Below the pieces are notes generated by a model. That model did not search any database. It saw only the letters and a program-made list of their open reading frames with translations, and was not told the origin of the DNA. From an uncultured Kordia sp. (GTDB taxonomy: Bacteria; Bacteroidota; Bacteroidia; Flavobacteriales; Flavobacteriaceae), in NCBI GenBank assembly GCA_913054565.1, contig CAJXHW010000001.1, positions 1 to 26,603 on the forward strand: a stretch of 26,603 nt of DNA, given 5' to 3'. Of this stretch, positions 17,948 through 26,603 are shown one piece after another (the stretch's first letter is position 1; the number at the start of each line of letters is the position of its first letter). A program made the translations under genes and the position numbers.

Positions 17948-19582
17948 TTATTCTAAAATCTTCTCTAAAGGTTTACCTGTACATCCATTAGGAAAAGAAA
18001 TTCCTAACAATGCTGATATGGTAGGTGCAATATCAATCACTTCTGTCTTCTCTATAGTTTCTCCTTTTTTAATTCCTGCACCATAAAATAATAACGGCAC
18101 ATGAGTATCATAACTAAAACTACTACCGTGAGTTGATCCTTTTTCAGAATATGATATTACTGCAGGCTCTAACACAAACACAACATCGCCAGAATGCTTT
18201 TGATGAAAACCATTTTGAACTAACGCTCCAACACCAGACACAAATTGAGCTGAAGATAATGTTTTTGCTGAATACGCTTTATCTATGTGTTTAAAAAGCA
18301 CAATTTCTTGCGCTAAAAATTCTTGAACTGCAATTAAGTCAAGTCCACTTTTATTAATTAATTCTCTATCTAAAAAAAGTTGGTTATTAGAAATATTTTT
18401 TACCAAGCCTTTAAATTTAAACTTCTGAATCAAAACATCCTCAACCGCTTTCTTAAATTCTTTTTTCTTAAAATATCCAGCTGGTATTTTTTGTGACTTT
18501 AAATAATTAGGCACATTTACAGCACCATGATCTGCAGTAAGAAAAACGGTGTAAGCTCCTTTACCTACTTGATTATCTAAATACTTAAATAACCGCTCTA
18601 AATCTTTATCTAGCCTAATGTAGGTATCCTCAACCTCAATAGAATTAACACCAAACTGATGACCTATATAATCGGTAGATGAATAACTAACTGTTAAAAA
18701 ATCAGTATGAGTACCAGTTCCTAAATTTTCATTTTTAATGGCTTCAATTGCAAAATCTGTAACCATTTCATTTCCAAAAGGTGTGGCTTTTAGAATATCA
18801 TACCCACCATTATCTTCAGCTAAGGCTGTTAAATTATAAGGAAAAACTGCTGTAGTTTTTCCTTTAAATGCCTCTTCAAAATTATTGCTATCAGAACCAC
18901 TTTCTGTGTAACTTTTAATAGGCAAAATCGTTTGCCATTCTCTTAAATATGAAGTTGTCGTTTTATTGAATTTTTTAACCCAACTAGGCAAATCATTCCT
19001 GTAATATGTACTAGTAATAAACTTACAATCTTCTTTCCCTCTAAACCAATATGCTGCATTTGCAGAATGACCCGCAGGTAAAATAGCCCCTCTATCTTTT
19101 AATGACACTCCAATAACTTTACTTCTGTTTTGCGTATGTAATCGTAACTGATCAGCAACTGTTGTTGTTTTTAATCGTCTTGGTGACATCTTTTCCTTTT
19201 CGGTATTAACACCTACAGCCTGAACTGTAGAATCTGACGCACAGTATACTGTAGCTTCTGTATACTTATCATACCAATAATTAGAAATTATACCATGATT
19301 CATTGGAGAGGTTCCTGTATACACAGAGGCATGACCTGGCCCAGTATAGGTAGGTACATAGTTAAAATGATGGTTTTTACAATTATACCCCTCATTCATT
19401 AAACGCTTAAAACCCTGTTCAGAATATTTAGCTTCAAATCGGGTTAAATAATCATACCTCATTTGATCTACAACAATACCAATTACTAATTTTGGCACAT
19501 TAACCTCTTTACTAGAGCTTAGTTTTTGAGCTTTACAACTGACCGTAAGTAGGGCAAAAATAATAGCAACTATATTTTTCAT
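17948..19582 (-). CDS. pafA: Alkaline phosphatase, PafA type (probable lipoprotein)
   Basis: PKLVIGIVVDQMRYDYL, Thr nucleophile in VPTYTGPGHAS, SLKDRGAILPAGH, STDYIGHQFG, LTADHG, THGS...YDTHVPL. Lipobox-like TVS-C16. Confidence 0.9.
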   Translation of the reverse strand: MKNIVAIIFALLTVSCKAQKLSSSKEVNVPKLVIGIVVDQMRYDYLTRFEAKYSEQGFKRLMNEGYNCKNHHFNYVPTYTGPGHASVYTGTSPMNHGIISNYWYDKYTEATVYCASDSTVQAVGVNTEKEKMSPRRLKTTTVADQLRLHTQNRSKVIGVSLKDRGAILPAGHSANAAYWFRGKEDCKFITSTYYRNDLPSWVKKFNKTTTSYLREWQTILPIKSYTESGSDSNNFEEAFKGKTTAVFPYNLTALAEDNGGYDILKATPFGNEMVTDFAIEAIKNENLGTGTHTDFLTVSYSSTDYIGHQFGVNSIEVEDTYIRLDKDLERLFKYLDNQVGKGAYTVFLTADHGAVNVPNYLKSQKIPAGYFKKKEFKKAVEDVLIQKFKFKGLVKNISNNQLFLDRELINKSGLDLIAVQEFLAQEIVLFKHIDKAYSAKTLSSAQFVSGVGALVQNGFHQKHSGDVVFVLEPAVISYSEKGSTHGSSFSYDTHVPLLFYGAGIKKGETIEKTEVIDIAPTISALLGISFPNGCTGKPLEKILE

Positions 19583-19596
19583 TGTTCATTTTTTTT

Positions 19597-19604
19597 CAAA
19601 AATA
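19597..19604 (-). promoter_or_regulatory. Bacteroidota -7 promoter element for pafA
   Basis: TATTTTTG on the minus strand, exact match, 14 nt upstream of ATG 19582. Confidence 0.6.
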
Positions 19605-19662
19605 CCGTTTTTATAAGACATCTTAATCTATTGTATAAATAGATTTACTAATTTAGCGATCT

Positions 19663-20400
19663 ATGAAATACCTACACGATTTCGGGTTATATTTTATCAT
19701 GCTAAAAGGCGTATTTAGCAGGTTTACCAAATGGAGCGCTTTGAAAAAACTTATTTTCAAAGAAATTGACGACTTGATTATTGGCTCATTAGGAATCGTG
19801 GCGTTTATTTCATTTTTCGTTGGAGGTGTTATTGCTATTCAAACAGCTTTAAACATTGACAATCCGCTTATTCCAAAATATTTGGTTGGTTTTGCTACTA
19901 AACAAAGTATTATCTTAGAGTTTGCACCAACATTCATGTCAATAATTATGGCTGGTAAAGTAGGATCTTTTATAACATCAAGCATAGGGAGCATGCGTGT
20001 AACAGAGCAAATTGATGCCTTAGAAGTTATGGGAATCAACTCATTAAACTATTTAGTATTTCCTAAATTAATTTCAATGCTTTTGTATCCGTTTCTAATT
20101 ACTATAGCTATGTTTTTAGGGATTTTAGGAGGATGGGTTGCCTGCGTTTACGGCGGATTTTCTTCTCATGAAGATTTTATCACAGGGTTACAAGCAGAAT
20201 TTGATAGCTTTCAGGTTTTTTACTCTTATGTAAAAACATTTTTCTTTGCAATTATTCTAGCTACTGTTCCTTCTTTTCATGGATATTATATGAAAGGTGG
20301 TGCACTAGAAGTTGGTAAGGCCGCTACAGCATCTTTTGTATGGACTAGTGTTATCATCATTATATTAAATTACATTATCACACAATTAATGCTTACTTAA
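19663..20400 (+). CDS. mlaE: MlaE-family ABC transporter permease
   Basis: EFAP...IIMAGKVGS.I.S.IGSMRVTEQIDALEVMGIN...YLVFPK, GGALEVGKAAT. Confidence 0.92.
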   Translation: MKYLHDFGLYFIMLKGVFSRFTKWSALKKLIFKEIDDLIIGSLGIVAFISFFVGGVIAIQTALNIDNPLIPKYLVGFATKQSIILEFAPTFMSIIMAGKVGSFITSSIGSMRVTEQIDALEVMGINSLNYLVFPKLISMLLYPFLITIAMFLGILGGWVACVYGGFSSHEDFITGLQAEFDSFQVFYSYVKTFFFAIILATVPSFHGYYMKGGALEVGKAATASFVWTSVIIIILNYIITQLMLT

Positions 20401-21167
20401 TGATTACAGTTAAAAACTTACATAAAGGCTTTAATGGTGTTCCAATTCTAAAAGGAATTTCTACAGTTTTTGAGCAAGGAAAAACCAACTTGATAATTGG
20501 GCAAAGCGGCTCTGGAAAAACAGTGTTTTTAAAATCACTTTTAGGCTTGCACACTCCTGAACTAGGTACAATTTCATTTCATGACAAAATTTACAGTGAG
20601 CTGTCTGTTAATGAAAAACAAAATTTACGTGCACAAATAGGTATGTTGTTTCAAGGAAGCGCTTTATTTGATTCAATGACTGTTGAAGAGAATGTTATGT
20701 TTCCTATGGAAATGTTTTCTAAGATGACGACCGATGAAAAACGCGATAGAGCTAATGAAGTTATTAAACGTGTGAACTTGATTGATTCAAATCATAAATT
20801 CCCATCTGAAATATCGGGAGGAATGCAAAAACGTGTTGCTATTGCTCGAGCAATAGTCATGAATCCTAAGTATTTATTTTGTGATGAACCTAATTCTGGA
20901 TTAGATCCTAGAACTTCAATTTTAATTGATAATTTAATTTTAGAAATCACACAAGAATATAATATCACTACTGTTATCAATTCTCACGACATGAATTCAG
21001 TCATGGAAATTGGACAGAAAATTGTGTTTTTACAAAACGGTTTAAAAGAATGGGAAGGCACAAATAAAGACATCTTTAAAACGGACAACAAAGCTGTTAC
21101 AGATTTTGTATACTCTTCTAATTTAATGAAAAAAGTGCGTAAAATGTATCTGGAGGAAAATCAGTAA
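20400..21167 (+). CDS. mlaF: MlaF-family ABC transporter ATP-binding protein
   Basis: Walker A GQSGSGKT, FQGSALFDSMTVEENV, ISGGMQKRVAIARA, CDEPNSGLDP, SHD. TAATG stop/start overlap with mlaE. Confidence 0.92.
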   Translation: MITVKNLHKGFNGVPILKGISTVFEQGKTNLIIGQSGSGKTVFLKSLLGLHTPELGTISFHDKIYSELSVNEKQNLRAQIGMLFQGSALFDSMTVEENVMFPMEMFSKMTTDEKRDRANEVIKRVNLIDSNHKFPSEISGGMQKRVAIARAIVMNPKYLFCDEPNSGLDPRTSILIDNLILEITQEYNITTVINSHDMNSVMEIGQKIVFLQNGLKEWEGTNKDIFKTDNKAVTDFVYSSNLMKKVRKMYLEENQ

Positions 21168-21728
21168 TTAAACTCTCAAAGCATTAATACACCGTTCTCT
21201 TATTTGCCATAATTCTTCAAAAGAATATTGCCACTTTTCGTTTTGCAACCACTTTTTTAAATACACCTGATGGTAATTTACTTTATATACTCCTATTTGT
21301 TCTGGTTGAATTTCTACCAGCTCTAACACATCATTTTTAATATCTTCATAAGACGATTTAGCATTTGTGACATCTACAAACCTATCATCTATTTTTAATA
21401 CACAATGAGCCTCCGGGATATAGTTAAACTCATACTTATCTATAATTTCTTTAAGTTTTGGTGTATTAGAACCCTGCATTTTAAACATACACAAATACAA
21501 CACCACATTTTCATGCCCTTGCTCTAAAGCTATCTTTTTTAAAACAGCATGCTTCGTACTACAAGTCCCTATTAACTCTTTTAAAACTAAATCTGGATTT
21601 GCTCTATCAGTATTGCTTCCATAAGGTAATTTTTTCACAAATTGAATAGCCTCTAAAAAAGTAAAGACTTCTAATTCCAGAAGTCTTTTACTTAATTTAC
21701 CTTTATTTTGCAGTTTATTCTTTAACAT
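21168..21728 (-). CDS. Hypothetical protein with transglutaminase-like Cys-His-Asp triad
   Basis: LPYG...GTCSTKH (Cys), EAHCVL (His), FVDVT (Asp) in the order and spacing typical of transglutaminase-like folds. Confidence 0.55.
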   Translation of the reverse strand: MLKNKLQNKGKLSKRLLELEVFTFLEAIQFVKKLPYGSNTDRANPDLVLKELIGTCSTKHAVLKKIALEQGHENVVLYLCMFKMQGSNTPKLKEIIDKYEFNYIPEAHCVLKIDDRFVDVTNAKSSYEDIKNDVLELVEIQPEQIGVYKVNYHQVYLKKWLQNEKWQYSFEELWQIRERCINALRV

Positions 21729-23136
21729 AAACCGTATCCAGTTTCATCTGTTTTTCTAACCAAAGCGTTAGTTCTTTTTGCCTATTAAAAGCTAAACTAT
21801 CACTAAGTTTTGATGCCCACACCACTCTTGCAATTGGCAACGTATCAATTGTTTTAAAATTTGATTTTAACTCATTAGAAAAACTAATACTCTTCAAGTC
21901 TGCAAAATGAATTTTAGTATCCTTTGAAACTTGTAAGAAGTCTAATGGAATTAACCCATTTTTAATTTTTAATTCTGACTTTAAGGCTTCAATTGTTTGG
22001 TGCAAACCAGAAATGACATTGTTTTTCTCATCCAAACGTTTTTGTGAATCTTGATAGGCTTCAGAAATTAAATCAAAACTTTAAATTTTACTTCCTTTGA
22101 ATTTTAATTTAAAGCTTTTTAAATAATCATAACCTGTCTTATGTTCATTGTTTAAGTCAGCTATCGTCGCATCAGACAGTTCATTTAAAAACGTTAAGGT
22201 TAAGGTTTTATTCTCATAGTCGGGGTCATATTTACTTAAAAATAACTCATCATTATTTTCTATTTCATTTTTTAAGAAGTTCCTTATATCTCTATCCTGA
22301 TTACTTCTTTCTAAAACAGATATAAAGGTCATTACAGCTGGTGCTATTGCTAATATAGCAATTATTGTTACCGTCCATTTTATCTTACTACGTTTAGCCT
22401 CATTAGCATATTTTACTAATGGAAAAGCCAAAATTTTAGCCACAACAAATGTTGCTAAAGCAATGAATATTGTATTAATACAAAACAAATACAATGCTCC
22501 TAAATAAAATTTCGGATCTCCTATAGCCAAACCATAACCAACTGTACATAGCGGTGGCATTAAAGCAGTAGCTATGGCAACCCCAAAAATAACAGTTGCT
22601 ATTGTTCCTTTTTTAGAACGCGCAACAATTAATGCTAATCCTCCAAAAATAGCGATTAATACATCTAAAATAGTTGGCGCTGTACGAGCAACCAATTCGG
22701 GTGTTTCTTCTGTTAAAGGTGAAGCCCAAAAGTACAAAAAAGCTGTAAAGACACTTAGCCCAACCATAACCCCTAAATTGACTAAAGAACGTTTCAAGGT
22801 TTCTATATCATATATTGCTAATGAGAGTCCAACTCCTAATATTGGCCCCATCAAAGGCGAGATTAACATGGCACCAATTACAACAGCCGTAGAACTTACA
22901 TTTAAACCAATAGAGGCTATGAATACGGCAAAAATTAAAATCCATGCAGTATGACCTTTGAAAGGGATATCTTTTTTGATATCATCAATAGTTTGGTCTT
23001 TATCTGTTTCTCCTCTAATATCAAGTAATTCTGACAAAAATATTGATACACTTTTTAATAGACCTTTAGCGTCTTTCTTCACATCTGTAGTAGATGCTTT
23101 TTCCTCTTCAGGCGTTAGTTTCGTTTCGTCAATCAT
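21715..23136 (-). pseudogene. DUF389 (TIGR00341-like) membrane protein interrupted by one in-frame TAA at 22081-22083
   Basis: IASIGLNVSSTAVVIGAMLISPLMGPI, ART.PT.LD..IA.FGG.A and GVAIATALMPPLC are DUF389 motifs. The frame continues open after the TAA (KGSKI*SFDLISEAY...) to 21715, so the track's ORFs 22081-23136 and 21715-22035 are one gene. Confidence 0.8.
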
Positions 23137-23142
23137 AAGCTA

Positions 23143-24225
23143 TTATGTTAAACTTGCATCAAAGTCTTTCTTAACTTTATTTACAATTTGTTTGATGTCT
23201 TGTTCTTTTGATTTTGGATAAATCATCAATACATCGTTTTTATCCACTACAATATAATCTTTCAACCCATCAACTACAACTAATTTATCTGTTGCTGTAC
23301 GAATCATGTTACCTGTGGCGTCTTCTGCTAATAATTTTGCGTTTACACAAGTATTATTATTAGAGTCTTTCTCTAGCTTATCATATAAACTCCCCCATGT
23401 TCCTAAATCATTCCAATCAAATGTTGCCTTGGAAACATACACATTTCTAGCTGCTTCCATAATAGCATAATCTACCGAAATATCATCTGCCTTTGGGTAA
23501 TTCAATTTTATAAACTCGGTTTCACTAGGAGTATTATAAGCATCTATTCCACTTTCAAATAACGCATATAAACTTGGCTGAAAATTCTTAAAAGCAGCCA
23601 CAACACTTTTGGCGCTCCACATAAATATTCCTGCATTCCACAAAAAATTACCTTGAGCTATAAATTCTTTTGCCGTGGCGTAATCAGGCTTTTCTCTAAA
23701 CTGATTAACTTCTTTTATGTCTTCATCTGTACGTTTATCAAATTCTATATAACCATATCCAGTATTTGGGAAAGTTGGCTGAATCCCCAAGGTCATTAAG
23801 GCATCATTTTCAGCACAATAATCAAATGCTGCTTTCACATTAGCTGTAAAGGCTTGCTCATCTTCAATCCAATGATCACTTGGCGCAACAATCATTACAG
23901 CATCTGGATTCTGTTTCTGAATTTTCAATGAAGCATATAAAATACAAGGCGCTGTATTTCGCATTGCAGGCTCTAATACCACTTGTTTTTGAGATACTTC
24001 AGGTAACTGCTCTAACACTAAATCATTGTAAGCCTCATTAGTTAAAATGAATATATTCTCTTTGGGTATTAAATTGCTTAAGCGCGAAAATGTTTTTTGA
24101 ATAAGAGTATCACCAGTTCCTAACATATCATGAAATTGCTTTGGAAACTTTGATGTACTTACCGGCCAAAAACGAGATCCTACTCCACCTGCCATTAAAA
24201 TGGCATAATAATTTTTATTACTCAT
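23143..24225 (-). CDS. manC: Mannose-1-phosphate guanylyltransferase (no PMI domain)
   Basis: ILMAGGVGSRFWP.S....PKQF, EP..RNTAP, PSDH, TGYGYI, FREKP, WNAGIF, SVDYAIME, WNDLGTW. Confidence 0.93.
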   Translation of the reverse strand: MSNKNYYAILMAGGVGSRFWPVSTSKFPKQFHDMLGTGDTLIQKTFSRLSNLIPKENIFILTNEAYNDLVLEQLPEVSQKQVVLEPAMRNTAPCILYASLKIQKQNPDAVMIVAPSDHWIEDEQAFTANVKAAFDYCAENDALMTLGIQPTFPNTGYGYIEFDKRTDEDIKEVNQFREKPDYATAKEFIAQGNFLWNAGIFMWSAKSVVAAFKNFQPSLYALFESGIDAYNTPSETEFIKLNYPKADDISVDYAIMEAARNVYVSKATFDWNDLGTWGSLYDKLEKDSNNNTCVNAKLLAEDATGNMIRTATDKLVVVDGLKDYIVVDKNDVLMIYPKSKEQDIKQIVNKVKKDFDASLT

Positions 24226-24228
24226 TAA

Positions 24229-24831
24229 CTAATTTACTTTTAGTAATTCAACTTCAGCGTTGGGCTGAAATAAATATATTTTACCTGAACTTAATTCTGA
24301 ACATTCAAATAACTTAACACGTTTATTCCCTTTTTTGAAAATTTTTCCGTTATGAATTCTGAATGTACTGCCTAATGGTATTTCAAAAATATAGTTTTTA
24401 TCGTTTTGAACATCAAATTGTTTTAATAATAATGACAATCTAGCGTCAGTATCACTACTTGCTTTTGGATTTTTAAAATGCTGTGCTATGTACGGCAATA
24501 ACTGACTTGGGAAAACAGATGGGTTTATAAATGGTAACATTAAATGTTGAAAAGTCTTTTTCCATTCAATACCATGAGGTTTTATTGATCGCCCGTATGA
24601 TTCAAAAGCTACTAAATGTGCAACTTCATGTACTAAAGTTATTAAGAATCTATATTTGTTTAAACTCGCATTAACCGTTATTTGGTGTTGCCCATTAGGG
24701 TATCTTCTATAATCACCATGTTTAGTTACGCGTTGGTTTACTATCTTTAACGACACCAAATGCTGCTCCAATAAAACTAATACACTTGGTACTGCACGTT
24801 CTGGCAAATATTTAAGAAGAATATCCTGCAT
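24229..24831 (-). CDS. SprT-like zinc metalloprotease domain protein
   Basis: ITLVHEVAHL (HExxH) followed by KPHG.EWK. Confidence 0.85.
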   Translation of the reverse strand: MQDILLKYLPERAVPSVLVLLEQHLVSLKIVNQRVTKHGDYRRYPNGQHQITVNASLNKYRFLITLVHEVAHLVAFESYGRSIKPHGIEWKKTFQHLMLPFINPSVFPSQLLPYIAQHFKNPKASSDTDARLSLLLKQFDVQNDKNYIFEIPLGSTFRIHNGKIFKKGNKRVKLFECSELSSGKIYLFQPNAEVELLKVN

Positions 24832-24841
24832 TTTTATTATT

Positions 24842-25528
24842 TCAAGGTGTAGTACTTGACACTTCTAAACTTTTTCCGTTATAATATTTCTGCCCTGTCA
24901 ACGAAAACTCACAAATATATTCTGCCATTTCAAGTGCCTGTAAAGGCGCCTCATAGCCTGGAAAAGCTTCTTCTAGCATTTCTGTTTGAACAGCACCAAG
25001 CGCCAGTACATTAAATGAAATTTGTTGCTCTTTATATTCTTCTGCCAATACTTCCGATAACGTTATAACAGCTCCTTTACTTGAACTATATGCCGCTAAA
25101 CCGGGGAATTTCATTGACCCCTGTATACCTCCCATAGAGCTAACTGTAACCACATGACTTCCTTTAGTCATAAATGGCAATGTGGTTTTTATCAATTCTG
25201 CTACACCAAATACATTTACTTTATAAACAGACTTCCAGTCAGCCATTGTTAATGCGTTAAACGGTTTATTAATAAGCAAACCTGCATTATTTATAAGCAC
25301 ATCAACTTTACCATTCCAAACATTAGAAATAAATTCTGATACTTTTTTATAATCACTTTCTACTGACAAATCAAATGACAATGCTGTTACATTTTTTAAA
25401 TTTAACGCAGAAACTGTTTGGTTATTTCTAGACAAACTCAAGACCTGGTGACCTGTCTTTGCAAACAATTGTACCAATTCATAACCTATCCCTCTGCTTG
25501 TTCCTGTTACTATAATATGTTTAGTCAT
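24842..25528 (-). CDS. Short-chain dehydrogenase/reductase
   Basis: VTGTSRGIG, LINNAG, VSSMGG, catalytic YSSSK. Confidence 0.93.
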   Translation of the reverse strand: MTKHIIVTGTSRGIGYELVQLFAKTGHQVLSLSRNNQTVSALNLKNVTALSFDLSVESDYKKVSEFISNVWNGKVDVLINNAGLLINKPFNALTMADWKSVYKVNVFGVAELIKTTLPFMTKGSHVVTVSSMGGIQGSMKFPGLAAYSSSKGAVITLSEVLAEEYKEQQISFNVLALGAVQTEMLEEAFPGYEAPLQALEMAEYICEFSLTGQKYYNGKSLEVSSTTP

Positions 25529-26537
25529 TTAATTTGATTTCATTAGGTGCTGAATTTACTACTTTTTCTACTGCGGGTAAATAAGCATTTACAAAACTTG
25601 CCATATGATTAAAATCAAGCTTATCTATTTCATCATCAACATGATGATAATAATCAAAGTTTGTAAAATCAAAGGTACAGAACGTTTGCGCAGGCACATC
25701 AAACTCTGTATAAAAAGGGTAATTATCAGACCTAGAAAACAACTGATACTGTTTAGCTTCAGGTAAATACCCAACTAAACTCGCACTTGCATATCCATTC
25801 ATTTTTTCAGCTAAATTTGATTTGTCAAACCCGGTTACATAAGCTGTATACTCCTTATCCAAAGGCACTCCTATCATTTCAAAATTAAGCATTGCATAAA
25901 CTTCCCTACCTGCTTCTTTCATTTCTTTTGCTAAGTGCTTTGACCCCAACAAGCCTTTCTCCTCTGCCGCAAACAACACAAATACTATACTGCGCTTATT
26001 TCGTTTCACTTTAGAAAAATATTTTGCCATTTCCATAACTACAGCTGTTCCTGCAGCATTATCATTTGCACCATTTGCAATAATATCATCACCTACTTGT
26101 TTCCCTTTACCGATATGATCATAATGTGCTCCAATAACTACATATTCATCTTGTAAAACCGGATCGGTTCCTTGTAACAATCCAATTACATTAAACGCTT
26201 CTTGACCATTTACATCAAAAACATCTCTATAATTACAATAGTACGGACCTACTTTAACACTATTAAAATAATCTGCAATATAGCTTGCTGCCTTAGATAT
26301 ACCTTCACTACCGGTATCCCGTCCTTCCAAAGCATCAGAAGCAAGATAAGACACAATTGTTTTCATGGCCTCCGGAGACACCTCGCTCTCCTTTTTACTT
26401 GAAACTTCCTCCATTATAACATCATGCTTTGCAGGTTCTGGAATTTGATTATTCTCAGGAGCCATATTATCTATTACAACTGTAGATGATTTGCATGCTA
26501 CAATCATCAGACACATTAAAAGTATTTTTTTATACAT
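25521..26537 (-). CDS. M28 family metallopeptidase (probable lipoprotein)
   Basis: LASDALEGR.TG, GAHYDH, GANDNAAG, AEEKGLLGS, NFEMIG, RSDN, YHH..DE; lipobox-like IVA-C. ATG 26537 preferred over TTG 26540. Confidence 0.9.
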   Translation of the reverse strand: MYKKILLMCLMIVACKSSTVVIDNMAPENNQIPEPAKHDVIMEEVSSKKESEVSPEAMKTIVSYLASDALEGRDTGSEGISKAASYIADYFNSVKVGPYYCNYRDVFDVNGQEAFNVIGLLQGTDPVLQDEYVVIGAHYDHIGKGKQVGDDIIANGANDNAAGTAVVMEMAKYFSKVKRNKRSIVFVLFAAEEKGLLGSKHLAKEMKEAGREVYAMLNFEMIGVPLDKEYTAYVTGFDKSNLAEKMNGYASASLVGYLPEAKQYQLFSRSDNYPFYTEFDVPAQTFCTFDFTNFDYYHHVDDEIDKLDFNHMASFVNAYLPAVEKVVNSAPNEIKLND

Positions 26538-26560
26538 CAATTCTTATTTTTTATAAATAT

Positions 26561-26596
26561 AAAAAAATCCCGCTTCATAGAGTTGAAACGGGATTT
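26561..26596 (-). terminator. Intrinsic terminator-like hairpin upstream of the M28 gene
   Basis: Minus-strand RNA AAAUCCCGUUUCA-ACUCUA-UGAAGCGGGAUUUUUUU, stem with one G-U pair and a U7 tail. Confidence 0.75.
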
Positions 26597-26603
26597 AAAG
26601 ATT

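Noticed and set aside
19663..21167. mlaE-mlaF without adjacent mlaD
   Set aside because: Split Mla loci are common in Bacteroidota, and the MCE gene may be elsewhere in the genome.
21715..22035. 106-aa ORF as an independent gene
   Set aside because: It is in frame with DUF389 and open right up to the single TAA at 22081-22083. The TTG start looks like an internal Leu codon.
210..26402. Short alternative-frame and antisense ORFs in the track (e.g. 210-398, 1530-1769, 1944-2138, 2111-2359, 6404-6697, 7880-8128, 9160-9366, 17392-17738, 22574-23221, 26202-26402)
   Set aside because: All overlap well-supported genes, lack recognisable motifs, and look like shadow ORFs.
1..26603. Mobile element, prophage, defence island, tRNA/rRNA or CRISPR
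   Set aside because: No integrase, transposase, phage, nuclease or cas motifs were seen. Intergenic gaps are all under about 185 bp with no cloverleaf or repeat array, and no obvious compositional break is visible by eye.

Overview
AT-rich bacterial chromosomal segment that reads as Bacteroidota, most likely Flavobacteriaceae. Support for this is TAnnTTTG -7 promoter boxes, A-rich starts without Shine-Dalgarno sequences, PafA-type phosphatase and the hpt-adk-obgE order. It is mostly core housekeeping DNA: a cobalamin-type radical SAM enzyme, obgE, a fused hpt-adk, purK-purE, an M3 peptidase, an ECF sigma factor with a small Cys-containing partner, a UbiA-like membrane protein, gcvP, a FabH-family synthase, proC, a methyltransferase/DinB-like/GT2 cluster, two exported charged helical proteins, pafA, mlaE-mlaF, and a long minus-strand run (M28 peptidase, SDR, SprT, ManC, DUF389, transglutaminase-like). 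I saw no mobile element, CRISPR array, rRNA or tRNA, and no clear-cut novel multi-gene system. The best leads are: (1) an uncharacterised two-gene exported module (acidic mini-lipoprotein plus K/E/H/M-rich coiled coil) with an A10 tract in its putative promoter spacer; (2) an ECF sigma whose partner has a degenerate zinc-finger motif; (3) a single in-frame TAA splitting the DUF389 gene; (4) the HPRT-adenylate kinase fusion retaining its internal Met; (5) an OxyR/LysR-like operator array at the left edge. All family calls come from motif recognition by eye, not database searches.
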